Source of the DNA: an uncultured Actinomycetes bacterium
Lineage (GTDB): Bacteria > Actinomycetota > Acidimicrobiia > IMCC26256 > PALSA-610
Length of the DNA stretch: 32,000 nucleotides
NCBI GenBank assembly: GCA_963782465.1
Contig: CAWAJR010000001.1
Location: 205,153 to 237,152 of the forward strand
Direction of reading: 5' to 3'
The number at the start of each line of letters is the position of its first letter. Positions within the stretch are counted from its first letter, which is position 1. Below are positions 8,235 to 16,159 of this stretch, piece by piece. The notes beneath the pieces are model-generated. The model was not told the DNA's origin. It saw only the letters and a program-made list of their open reading frames with translations, and searched no databases. Made by a program: the position numbers and the translations under genes.

Positions 8235-9056
8235 TCAGCGCCGGTCGCGCGTCGGCAGTTCGAACACTCCGCCTTGCTCGACGAACGTGGCGAGCGCGTC
8301 TTGCATCTGGTGGGCGAACGTCACCTCGAGCGCGCGCATCGCGATCGGGCGGAGGTCGGCGTACGCGCCGGTGAGCTCGTCGAGCGTGAAGGGAGCGTCG
8401 TTGCCCTCGCCGGCCGATTCGGTGAACCGGGTCACCAGGTCGCGGACGAGGGCGCCGAGATGCCGGCGCATCAGCTGCCACCCCGCCACGCAGACCTCAG
8501 GAGCGATCCCGGCGGCGAGCAGGTCGCCGGTGATTTCGAGCACCGCGACGCTCGGAACGTGGAAGCTCGCGGGGTGGGCAGTGGTTCGTTGCACGGCGTT
8601 GACCGCTTCGAGCATCTCGATCAGCGATTCGTCCGCGACCCCGACGCGTTCGAGCACTTCGAGTTCGGTCATGGTCGCGGCGCGGTCGTCGATCCACGGT
8701 TGGCGGAGTTCGTCCGACAGCTCGAGGACCAGCGCGAGCGACGACTGCGCGTTTTGCGGGTCGTCGAGGATCTTCGCAATCGCGTCGAGCCCGAAGCCGC
8801 GCTCGCGCAGGGCGATGATCGTGCGCAGCCGGTCGAGTTCCGACGGATCGTAGAAGGCGCGCCGGCCTTCCTTCCGGGGTGGGCGGACCAGCCCGTAGTG
8901 GCGGTAGAAGCGGATCGTTCGGGGCGAGGCACCACTCGCGGTGGCCAGCTCGTCGATCGAGTAGCCCTGCTCACCCGCCGTCGCCGAGCCCACGACGCCA
9001 TTCTCACCCACTGCCGGCGGGGGGACCGGCAGCAGGTTCTCGGCGGCCGTTGACAC
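8235..9056 (-). CDS. MerR-family transcriptional regulator with a C-terminal effector domain
   Basis: YSIDELATASGASPRTIRFYRHYGLV...YDPSELDRLRTIIALRERGF is a classical MerR HTH. The GTG start at 9056 sits directly below a candidate -10 (possibly leaderless); a later start is possible. Confidence 0.85.
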   Translation of the reverse strand: MSTAAENLLPVPPPAVGENGVVGSATAGEQGYSIDELATASGASPRTIRFYRHYGLVRPPRKEGRRAFYDPSELDRLRTIIALRERGFGLDAIAKILDDPQNAQSSLALVLELSDELRQPWIDDRAATMTELEVLERVGVADESLIEMLEAVNAVQRTTAHPASFHVPSVAVLEITGDLLAAGIAPEVCVAGWQLMRRHLGALVRDLVTRFTESAGEGNDAPFTLDELTGAYADLRPIAMRALEVTFAHQMQDALATFVEQGGVFELPTRDRR

Positions 9057-9066
9057 ACGCCAATAA

Positions 9067-9089
9067 TGACAGTAACAGTGTCACTGTCA
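9067..9089. promoter_or_regulatory. Nested dyad symmetries (TGACAGT-N9-ACTGTCA and ACAGTG-T-CACTGT) in the merR / secreted-protein intergenic region; candidate MerR operator
   Basis: Both were read directly from the sequence. They lie between a -35-like ATGACA (9066-9071) and a -10-like CACAAT (9088-9093) on the plus strand. TTGACA at 9050-9055 is also nearby. Confidence 0.5.
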
Positions 9090-9130
9090 CAATGGCTTGA
9101 CGGCATCCACGCCGGAGAGGGGGAGGCCAG

Positions 9131-9556
9131 ATGCGCCGAACCGTCGTTGCGCTCTTGTTGGTCGCCGGCCTGCTCGCACCGGCACTGCCGGCCCACGCCG
9201 GCACTGGGCGAAGCCCGGCGCCAGCGTCGCCGGCGGCGATGCAGGCCGAGGCGGCAGCCCTGCAGGGCCCCGCCCGCGACGCGGTGAACAATCTCATCCG
9301 TTTCGTCGTACCCCTCGTGTGCCCCGCCATTGCCCGGTTCGCCGCACCCGCCTACCAGGGCTTCGTCACCGGAGGCTGCGCATCGATCGTCAACTCGACG
9401 GACCCCATTGCCGTGGTGTTCGTCTTCCTGCCGACGATCTGTGCCGGGAGCCCACCGCTCGGGACGCAGGTGTTCCCTTCGATCGCGCCGATCATCGTGG
9501 CGACCTGCCCGCTGCTCATGAAGCTGGTCGATCTGCTCCAGCCGCTGATCGGCTGA
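9131..9556 (+). CDS. Small secreted Cys-containing hypothetical protein
   Basis: The signal peptide is MRRTVVALLLVAGLLAPALPAHA. The mature part contains 4 Cys. GGGGGAGG lies upstream of the ATG. Confidence 0.6.
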   Translation: MRRTVVALLLVAGLLAPALPAHAGTGRSPAPASPAAMQAEAAALQGPARDAVNNLIRFVVPLVCPAIARFAAPAYQGFVTGGCASIVNSTDPIAVVFVFLPTICAGSPPLGTQVFPSIAPIIVATCPLLMKLVDLLQPLIG

Positions 9557-9562
9557 CCCAGT

Positions 9563-9601
9563 CCTGCGGGCCGCTCGTGCGTGGGGCGACCGGCCCGCAG
9601 G
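9563..9601. terminator. GC-rich hairpin between convergent genes (11-bp stem)
   Basis: cctgcgggccg (9563-9573) pairs with cggcccgcagg (9591-9601). Confidence 0.5.
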
Positions 9602-9635
9602 CCCGAACCGAGACGCGGGGCAGTGCCGGCGGCGG

Positions 9636-10412
9636 TCAGGCGAGATCGGGGACGGCGCTCGGGCCGAGCTCGACGGGCGCCGCACCGGCGCCCGCCCCCG
9701 CGCGTTGTCCCGCGGCCTGACCTTCGGGCCAGCGGGTCTGACCGAAGCGGTACCCGACGGAACGCACGGTCTGGATGTAGCCCGCGTGCTCTTCACCCAA
9801 CTTGGCTCGCAGCCGGCGCACGTGGACGTCGACCGTGCGCGCGCCGCCGTAGTACTCGTACCCCCACACTCGCGACAGCAGCTGTTCGCGGGTGAACACC
9901 TTGCCCGGGTGCGTCACGAAGAACTTCAGCAGTTCGTATTCCATGTACGTGAGGTCGAGCGGGCGACCCTGGCACACCGCTTGGTAGGTGGCGAAGTTGA
10001 GGACGAGGTCGGCGTACGAAGCCGTCTCCGGGCTCGCACCGCGACCGGAGCGCCACAACAGGTGACGCATGCGCGCTTCGAGTTCGCGCGGGTGGAACGG
10101 CGCGAGGCAGAAATCGTCGAAGAGATCTTCGCGGTGCTCGAGGTCGGCGAGTTGCGCGCCGCCGACCATCAGCAGCACGCCCTCGACGCGGGCGTCGCCC
10201 TTGCGCAGCGCGCGGCACACCGCGAACGCGCCTTCCGGGTCGTCGTCGGCGCACACCACGGCGCCGGTCCAACCGTCGGCCGGTTCGTGCTGCATCGCGA
10301 TCGCCGCGTTCGCCACGGCCTTCCACGGATGGCCGGCGAGGTCGAGCGTCTGCGCGAGCAGCGCCGGCGGAGGGTCTGGGTACACCAGTAGCAAGTCGCC
10401 GATCTCCCGCAT
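9636..10412 (-). CDS. glnR: GlnR-like OmpR-family orphan response regulator (atypical receiver plus winged-helix domain)
   Basis: LDLTYMEYELLKFFVTHPGKVFTREQLLSRVWGYEYYGGARTVDVHVRRLRAKLGEEH...TVRSVGYRF closely resembles actinobacterial GlnR. ATG 10412 lies 5 nt after the glnA2-like stop. The track ORF's 159-aa N-terminal extension is out-of-frame overlap. Confidence 0.75.
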   Translation of the reverse strand: MREIGDLLLVYPDPPPALLAQTLDLAGHPWKAVANAAIAMQHEPADGWTGAVVCADDDPEGAFAVCRALRKGDARVEGVLLMVGGAQLADLEHREDLFDDFCLAPFHPRELEARMRHLLWRSGRGASPETASYADLVLNFATYQAVCQGRPLDLTYMEYELLKFFVTHPGKVFTREQLLSRVWGYEYYGGARTVDVHVRRLRAKLGEEHAGYIQTVRSVGYRFGQTRWPEGQAAGQRAGAGAGAAPVELGPSAVPDLA

Positions 10413-10417
10413 GTCGA

Positions 10418-11746
10418 TCACAAGGTCCCGAGGTACCGATCGATCTCGAACGGCGTGACGTAGGCCTTGTAGTCGGCCCATTCTTGCCGCTTGTTCGCGA
10501 TGAAGTACTCGAACACGTGCTCGCCGAGCGCCTCGGCCACCAGTTCGGAACCCTCCATCGCCTCGATCGCCTCGTGCAGCGACGTGGGCAACGACTGCAG
10601 CCCTTCGCTGTACCGCTCCTCGGTCGTGAGTTCGTAGATGTTGTTCGTCGCCTCGGGCGGAAGGTCGTAGCCCTCTTCGATGCCCTTCATGCCCGCGGCG
10701 AGGATCACGGAGTACGCCAGGTACGGGTTGCACGCGGGGTCGGGCGAACGGAACTCGATACGAGTGGAGTCGATCTTCGCCCGCTTCGGCGGCGGCACCC
10801 GGACGAGCGCCGAACGGTTGTTGCGCGCCCAGCAGATGTAGGCGGGTGCCTCGTAGCCGGGGATCAATCGCTTGTACGAGTTGACCCACTGGTTGGTCAC
10901 GGCGGTGATCTCACGCGCGTGCATCAGCAGGCCGGCGATGAAGTGCTTCGCGACTTTCGACAGCCCGTGCTCGTCGCCCGGATCGTGGAACGCGTTCACG
11001 TCGCCTTCGAAGAGCGAAAGATGCGAGTGCATGCCGGAACCGAACGCGCCCAACATCGGTTTCGGCATGAAGGTCGCGTACGCACCGTGGTCGTGCGCGA
11101 CCTCCTTGGTGATGAGCCGGAACGTCATGACGTTGTCGGCCATCGTCAGCGCGTCGGTGTAGCGCAGGTCGATCTCGTGCTGGCTCGGGCCGTTCTCGTG
11201 GAACGAGTACTCGACGGGGATGCCCATTGCCTCGAGACGCAACACGGTCTGCTTGCGCAATTGCGAACCGAGGTCGTGCGCGGTGAGGTCGAAGTAGCCG
11301 GCCTGGTCGAACGGTTCGACGCGCTCCGAATCGCGGAAGTAGAAGAACTCCATCTCCGGCCCGACGAAGAACGTGAACCCGCGCTCGCGGGCACGGTCGA
11401 GGTTGCGCTTCAAGACGCAACGCGGGTCGCCGTCGAACGGCTCACCCGCGAACGTTTGGATGTCGCAGAACATGCGCGCGACGGGTGCGTCGTCGGGTCC
11501 CTGGGTCGGCAGCAACTCGAACGTGTTCGGGTCGGGCTTCGCCAACATGTCGGACTCTTGGATGCGCGTATAGCCCTGGATCGTCGATCCGTCGAAGGTC
11601 ATGCCCTCCTCGAGTGCGACCTCGAGTTCCGCCGGCGTGATCTCGACCGACTTCAGGAAGCCGAGCACGTCGGTGAACCAGAGGCGCACGAAACGCACGC
11701 CGCGCTCTTCGACGGTGCGCAGCACGTATTCGAGTTGGCGCTCCAT
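10418..11746 (-). CDS. glnA2: Type I glutamine synthetase, short GlnA2-like paralog (442 aa)
   Basis: FVRLWFTDVLGFLKSVEITPAELE, GPEMEFFYF and SGMHSHLSLF are present, and the N-terminus resembles mycobacterial GlnA2 as I recall it. Confidence 0.9.
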   Translation of the reverse strand: MERQLEYVLRTVEERGVRFVRLWFTDVLGFLKSVEITPAELEVALEEGMTFDGSTIQGYTRIQESDMLAKPDPNTFELLPTQGPDDAPVARMFCDIQTFAGEPFDGDPRCVLKRNLDRARERGFTFFVGPEMEFFYFRDSERVEPFDQAGYFDLTAHDLGSQLRKQTVLRLEAMGIPVEYSFHENGPSQHEIDLRYTDALTMADNVMTFRLITKEVAHDHGAYATFMPKPMLGAFGSGMHSHLSLFEGDVNAFHDPGDEHGLSKVAKHFIAGLLMHAREITAVTNQWVNSYKRLIPGYEAPAYICWARNNRSALVRVPPPKRAKIDSTRIEFRSPDPACNPYLAYSVILAAGMKGIEEGYDLPPEATNNIYELTTEERYSEGLQSLPTSLHEAIEAMEGSELVAEALGEHVFEYFIANKRQEWADYKAYVTPFEIDRYLGTL

Positions 11747-11796
11747 TCAGGGCAGTTTACGGACCGGTACTCGCGCCCTCCCGAGCGGGCAAACCG

Positions 11797-11835
11797 GTTC
11801 ACAGAGCGTTTACAGTCGGGCAACGGCCGCGAAAC
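11797..11835. promoter_or_regulatory. Candidate GlnR box: four xxxAC pentamers at 11-nt spacing in the divergent glnA2/glnII promoter region
   Basis: gTTCAC-agagcg-TTTAC-agtcgg-GCAAC-ggccgc-GAAAC. This compares with the Streptomyces GlnR consensus gTnAc-n6-GaAAc-n6-GtnAC-n6-GAAAC. It is a motif match by eye only. Confidence 0.4.
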
Positions 11836-11964
11836 GGCCTACCGAAATGCTGCTCGGGCGGCGGCCGAGCCACGCGCGCGCGTGAGCCCCTTTCGACCTT
11901 GCAGCAAGCGTTGCGGTGCTCTGCCGCAGCGGATCATTCAACATCGCACCTCAGGAGTGAAACG

Positions 11965-12966
11965 GTGGCCTACAAGGCGGAGTACATCTGGCTCGACGGT
12001 ACGGAACCGACGGCGCGACTTCGATCGAAGACGAAGATCCTCGCCGACGGTGCCGACCTCCCGATCTGGGGGTTCGACGGTTCGAGTACCAACCAGGCGC
12101 CGGGGAGCAACTCCGACTGCGTGCTCAAGCCGGTGTTCTCGTGCCCCGACCCGTTGCGAGGCGGCGCGCACAAGCTCGTGCTGTGCGAAGTGCTGCTCAC
12201 CGACATGACGCCACACCCGACGAACACGCGCGCCATGCTCGCCCCGATCGCCGAGAAGTTCGCGGCCCAGGAGCCGCTGTTCGGGATCGAGCAGGAGTAC
12301 ACGTTCTTCAAGGACGAGCGTCCGTACGGCTTCCCGCTCGGTGGCGGGTTCCCGGCGCCGCAAGGCTTCTATTACTGCGGGATCGGCGCCGACGAAGTGT
12401 TCGGGCGCGACATCGTCGAAGCGCACATGGAGGCCTGCCTTGAAGCCGGCATCGGCATCTCGGGGATCAACGCCGAAGTGATGCCCGGCCAGTGGGAGTT
12501 CCAGGTCGGTCCGCTCAGCCCGCTCGACGTCTCCGACCACCTGTGGGTCGCCCGGTACCTCCTGTACCGCATCGCCGAAGAGTTCGACGTCGCCGCGACG
12601 CTCGACCCGAAGCCGGTCAAGGGCGACTGGAACGGTGCCGGCGCGCACACGAACTTCTCGACGAAGGCGATGCGCGAGTCGTACGACCCGATCATCAAGG
12701 CGTGCGAGGCGCTCGGCAAGCGGGCGAACGAGCACGTCGAGAGCTACGGCGCCGACATCGAGCACCGGCTCACCGGCTCCCACGAGACCGCCCCGTGGCA
12801 CGAGTTCAGCTACGGCGTGTCGAACCGGGGTGCATCGGTTCGTATCCCGTGGCAGGTCGAGAAAGACGGCAAGGGCTACATCGAGGACCGCCGTCCCAAC
12901 GCCAACATGGACCCCTACGTCGTGACCCGGCTCATCACCGACACGATCTGCTCGGCGTTGGCATAG
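11965..12966 (+). CDS. glnII: Type II (eukaryote-like) glutamine synthetase
   Basis: KAEYIWLDG..., GFDGSST, EQEYTFF, INAEVMPGQWEFQVGP, GAGAHTNFS and NRGASVRIP are present. GTG 11965 lies 7 nt after AGGAG. The protein is 333 aa. Confidence 0.9.
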   Translation: MAYKAEYIWLDGTEPTARLRSKTKILADGADLPIWGFDGSSTNQAPGSNSDCVLKPVFSCPDPLRGGAHKLVLCEVLLTDMTPHPTNTRAMLAPIAEKFAAQEPLFGIEQEYTFFKDERPYGFPLGGGFPAPQGFYYCGIGADEVFGRDIVEAHMEACLEAGIGISGINAEVMPGQWEFQVGPLSPLDVSDHLWVARYLLYRIAEEFDVAATLDPKPVKGDWNGAGAHTNFSTKAMRESYDPIIKACEALGKRANEHVESYGADIEHRLTGSHETAPWHEFSYGVSNRGASVRIPWQVEKDGKGYIEDRRPNANMDPYVVTRLITDTICSALA

Positions 12967-12976
12967 CCCGGAGGCT

Positions 12977-13010
12977 GAGCCCGGCGGGGGACCCCCCGCC
13001 CGCCGGGCTC
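12977..13010 (+). terminator. GC-rich hairpin after glnII
   Basis: gagcccggcgg pairs with ccgccgggctc, with an internal ggggg/ccccc pairing. It begins 11 nt after the glnII stop. Confidence 0.55.
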
Positions 13011-13134
13011 GGCGTTCGCTCGCCAATGAAGAGCCTGTGAAGCTGCCACCGCGATGTCGCCAAGAGGCGGCGCCGCGCGGCAGACTCGCGGCTGCTCACG
13101 CGCGGGTGTGAGCCGAACCGAAGGGGGTACGTGC

Positions 13135-14570
13135 GTGGAAGACCACACCGCCGGCGACGTCCTCAACCTCGTGCGGGACAGTGGGATCGAAGTCGTCGAC
13201 TTCCGGTTCTGCGACCTGCCCGGCCTGATGCAGCACTTCTCGGTGCCGGCACACGAGTTGACCGAAGACGGGTTCGAGGACGGCTACGGGTTCGACGGTT
13301 CGTCGATCCGCGGGTTCCAGGAGATCCAGGAATCCGACATGTTGCTGGTTCCCGACCCGGCGACCGCGGTCATCGACCCGTTCACGCAACACCCGACGAT
13401 CAACATCAACTGTTACGTGCGCGACCCGCTCACCGGTGAGCCGTACTCGCGCGACCCGCGCTACATCGTGTCGAAGGCGGCGTCGTACCTCGAGAGCACC
13501 GGCCTTGCCGACACCGCGTACTTCGGCCCGAAGCCGAGTTCTACATCTTCGACTCGGTGCGCTTCGACCAGAACCAGTTCTCCGGTTACTACTTCCTCGA
13601 CTCCGTCGAAGGGGTGTGGAACTCCGGGCGCGAGCGCGAGATCGACGGTTCACCCAACCTCGCGTACAAGCCTCGTTACAAAGAGGGCTACTTCCCGGTC
13701 CCGCCGATGGACCAGTTCCAGGACCTGCGTTCGGAGATGGTGCGCGTCCTCGAGTCGGTCGGCATCGAGATCGAGGTGCAACACCACGAAGTCGGCACCG
13801 CGGGCCAGGCCGAGATCGACATGCGCTTCGACACGATCACGCGCATGGCCGACAAGCTGATGCTCTACAAGTACGTCGTGAAGAACGTCGCGCGCAAAGC
13901 GGGTTACTCCGTGACGTTCATGCCGAAGCCGCTCTTCATGGACAACGGCAGCGGTATGCACGTGCACCAGTCGTTGTGGAAGGGCGGCGCGCCGCTCTTC
14001 TTCGACGAGACCGGCTACGCGGGGCTTTCCGACATGGCGCGCTGGTACATCGGCGGCCTGCTCGCGCACGCGCCGGCCATCCTCGCGTTTTCGAACCCGA
14101 CGACGAACTCGTACAAGCGGTTGGTGCCCGGATACGAAGCGCCGGTGAACCTCGTCTACTCGCAGCGCAACCGTTCCGCGTCGATCCGCATCCCGCTCTA
14201 CTCGAAGAGCCCGAAGGCGAAGCGCCTCGAGTTCCGTTGCCCCGACCCGTCGTGCAACCCGTACCTCGCGTTCTCCGCGATGTTGATGGCCGGGCTCGAC
14301 GGCATCCAGAACCGCATCGAACCGCCGACGCCGGTCGACCGCGACCTCTACGACCTGCCGCCCGAAGAGTTGGCGCAGGTCCCGCAGGTGCCGGGCTCGC
14401 TCGCCGACAGCCTCGCCGCGCTCGAGGCCGACAATGCGTTCCTCCTCAAAGGCGACGTGTTCACGCCCGACGTGATCGACACCTGGGTCTCGTACAAGAA
14501 GCTGCGCGAGATCGACCAGGTGCAACTCCGCCCGCACCCGTGGGAGTTCTACCTCTATTACGACATCTGA
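13135..14570 (+). pseudogene. glnA: Type I glutamine synthetase GlnA1-type (adenylylation-site Tyr motif present); frame broken by an apparent 1-nt deletion near 13528-13533
   Basis: Track ORFs 13054-13860 and 13557-14570 are the two halves of one gene. The sequence reads FGPKPSS where the family has [16 protein letters not shown], and restoring one g (ccg gaa gcc gag ttc) rejoins the frames. 1436+1 nt = 479 codons. GTG 13135 lies 7 nt after [16 protein letters not shown] is present. Confidence 0.85.
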
Positions 14571-14811
14571 TCGGGGTTCGCTGCTGACCACGAGCTCTCC
14601 GCGAAGACGCCGGCTGACCTGCGCAAACGCTTGTCGCCGTTTGCCGCAGGACGCCGGCGTTTCTCGTTGTCGTGTGCCATCGGGGCGCAAGTGGCCCGAT
14701 GGCGGAGCAGATCGGCAGCTATGGCGCGCATAGAACTACGTCGCTCGTCGCGAATGCTCGCGTTCGCAAGCGTCCGTGAACGGCACATCCCTGTCAGCCG
14801 TGCGTCATGTC

Positions 14812-15189
14812 CTAGGGCGTTCGACGCCCCGCGAGGCCCACGAGGTTTCCTTCGGAGTCACGGAAGAACGACATTTCCTCTGCTTCACCTGGTGGACCGA
14901 ACTGTCCCGACTCATCGACGTGGATCACGTGAGGTTCCGACTCGATGATCACGCCAGCGGTCCGGAGGCGGTCCGTCGTGGCGGCGACGTCGTCGACCCC
15001 GAGGTAGAGCAGTGAACGTGGCGCGCCCGACTCGAGAAGCAGGCGGGTTCCATCGATGCGGAAGAACGCGAGGCCGGGCGGATCGAAGCGAGCCACGAAC
15101 TCGAGCCCGATGACGTCTCGATAGAAGGCAACGGCGCGGTCCAAGTCTTCGACGCCAAGTGCGACCTGTCGGAGATGTGTGATCGACAT
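14812..15189 (-). CDS. VOC/glyoxalase-bleomycin resistance-dioxygenase family protein
   Basis: ITHLRQVALGVEDLDRAVAFYRDVIGLEF... in a 125-aa protein. Confidence 0.8.
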   Translation of the reverse strand: MSITHLRQVALGVEDLDRAVAFYRDVIGLEFVARFDPPGLAFFRIDGTRLLLESGAPRSLLYLGVDDVAATTDRLRTAGVIIESEPHVIHVDESGQFGPPGEAEEMSFFRDSEGNLVGLAGRRTP

Positions 15190-15199
15190 ATCAAAATAG

Positions 15200-15214
15200 T
15201 AGGTAGGCTACCTA
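15200..15214. promoter_or_regulatory. Perfect 7-1-7 palindrome TAGGTAG-G-CTACCTA in the 29-nt VOC/marR intergenic region; candidate MarR operator
   Basis: Read directly. It is centred between divergent starts at 15189 (minus) and 15219 (plus). Confidence 0.55.
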
Positions 15215-15218
15215 TCTA

Positions 15219-15662
15219 ATGCAACGCACCATCTCCGATGTCGCGGCCGGCCTGAACTCGGTGTCGATACACCTCGTGCGGCGTGCTCGCATCGCCGACG
15301 CGTCTCTCGGTGTTCCGCCCGGCCAGCTCTCTGCTCTCTCGGTGCTCGTGTTCGGTGGAGATCGGACCATTGCTCAGCTCGCCGATGCCGAGCAGGTCAC
15401 GAGTCCGACGATGACGCGAATCGTCGACGGGCTGGAACGAGCAGGCCTTGCCGAACGCCACAACCATCCGGACGACGGCCGAGCGACGATCGTTCGAGCT
15501 TCGAGGAAGGGTCGCCGAGTCATGGAGCGCGGGCGGCGGCAGCGCATCGATCTTCTGTCTGGGCTCCTGGCCCGGCTCGACGCCGACGAACTTCTTGCCG
15601 TCGCTCGTGCCGTCGAAGCCCTGGCCGAGACGATGAAAACGTCCGACTGGAGGCCTCGGTAG
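15219..15662 (+). CDS. MarR-family transcriptional regulator
   Basis: LSALSVLVFGGDRTIAQLADAEQVTSPTMTRIVDGLERAGLAERHNHPDDGRATIVRASRKG is a typical MarR wHTH. Confidence 0.85.
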   Translation: MQRTISDVAAGLNSVSIHLVRRARIADASLGVPPGQLSALSVLVFGGDRTIAQLADAEQVTSPTMTRIVDGLERAGLAERHNHPDDGRATIVRASRKGRRVMERGRRQRIDLLSGLLARLDADELLAVARAVEALAETMKTSDWRPR

Positions 15663-15725
15663 CCAGAACGGATCTGCCCCTGTCGCCGGGTGATGGCGTC
15701 CCAGCGGCACAGCGAGTTTGGGCGG

Positions 15726-16159
15726 TCACGCCGCTCGTCGCGTGGGCGCGCGGTTCACCTTCTCGAAGTGTCGACGCAGCCAGCGGTGACGGCGACGGAA
15801 TGTCTGGGTCACGCTCGTCCGCATCAGCGCGTCGACGAGCGTTCCTCCGGACTCGATGACCAGCCGGTCGGTGAGAATCGTCGATCCACCGGCACCGACG
15901 GTTGCGGTGCGCTCGTGACGTGCAGTCCCGTTGAGCCGGCTCGTCGAACGCTCCACGAAGCGCCCCGATTCGAGTACCTCGAATGTCGTCGTGCGACGAT
16001 CGATCGTCGCGAACGGCCACAGTTCATCGTTCGCGCACTGACTCGATCGGCGTCGACGAGAGGTTCATCGTCGGTTGCTTGGAGGAGAGTGCGGACAACC
16101 AGGCATCGGAAGATCGCGGGCGGGGTCAGAGGCCGTCGGCAGGCGACGGCAAATGTCAT
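15726..16159 (-). pseudogene. SRPBCC (START/polyketide-cyclase-like) family protein; apparent 1-nt deletion near 16030-16045
   Basis: The N-terminus is in the frame of track ORF 15824-16159 (MTFAVACRRPLTPPAIFRCL...VDADRVSAR). The rest is in the frame of 15726-15956, extended upstream (NDELWPFATIDRRTTTFEVLESGRFVERSTS...). 434+1 nt = 145 codons. Its ATG overlaps the Clp-like stop (ATGA). The family call is by pattern only. Confidence 0.45.

Noticed and set aside
8669-9796. 375-aa minus-strand ORF spanning merR, its intergenic region and the secreted-protein gene
   Set aside because: It crosses a promoter/operator region, has an Arg-rich composition, and conflicts with two motif-supported genes.
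10484-13026. Plus ORF 10484-12208 (574 aa) and minus ORF 11938-13026 (362 aa)
   Set aside because: They are antisense to the glnA2-like and glnII genes respectively, both of which carry unmistakable GS motifs.
13650-14690. 346-aa minus-strand ORF
   Set aside because: It is antisense to glnA1.
14571-14811. Possible tRNA, att site or small RNA in the 240-nt gap after glnA1
   Set aside because: No cloverleaf or T-loop (GGTTCGAATCC-like) signature is visible. There is only a 9-bp-stem hairpin at 14676-14703, too weak to call as a feature.
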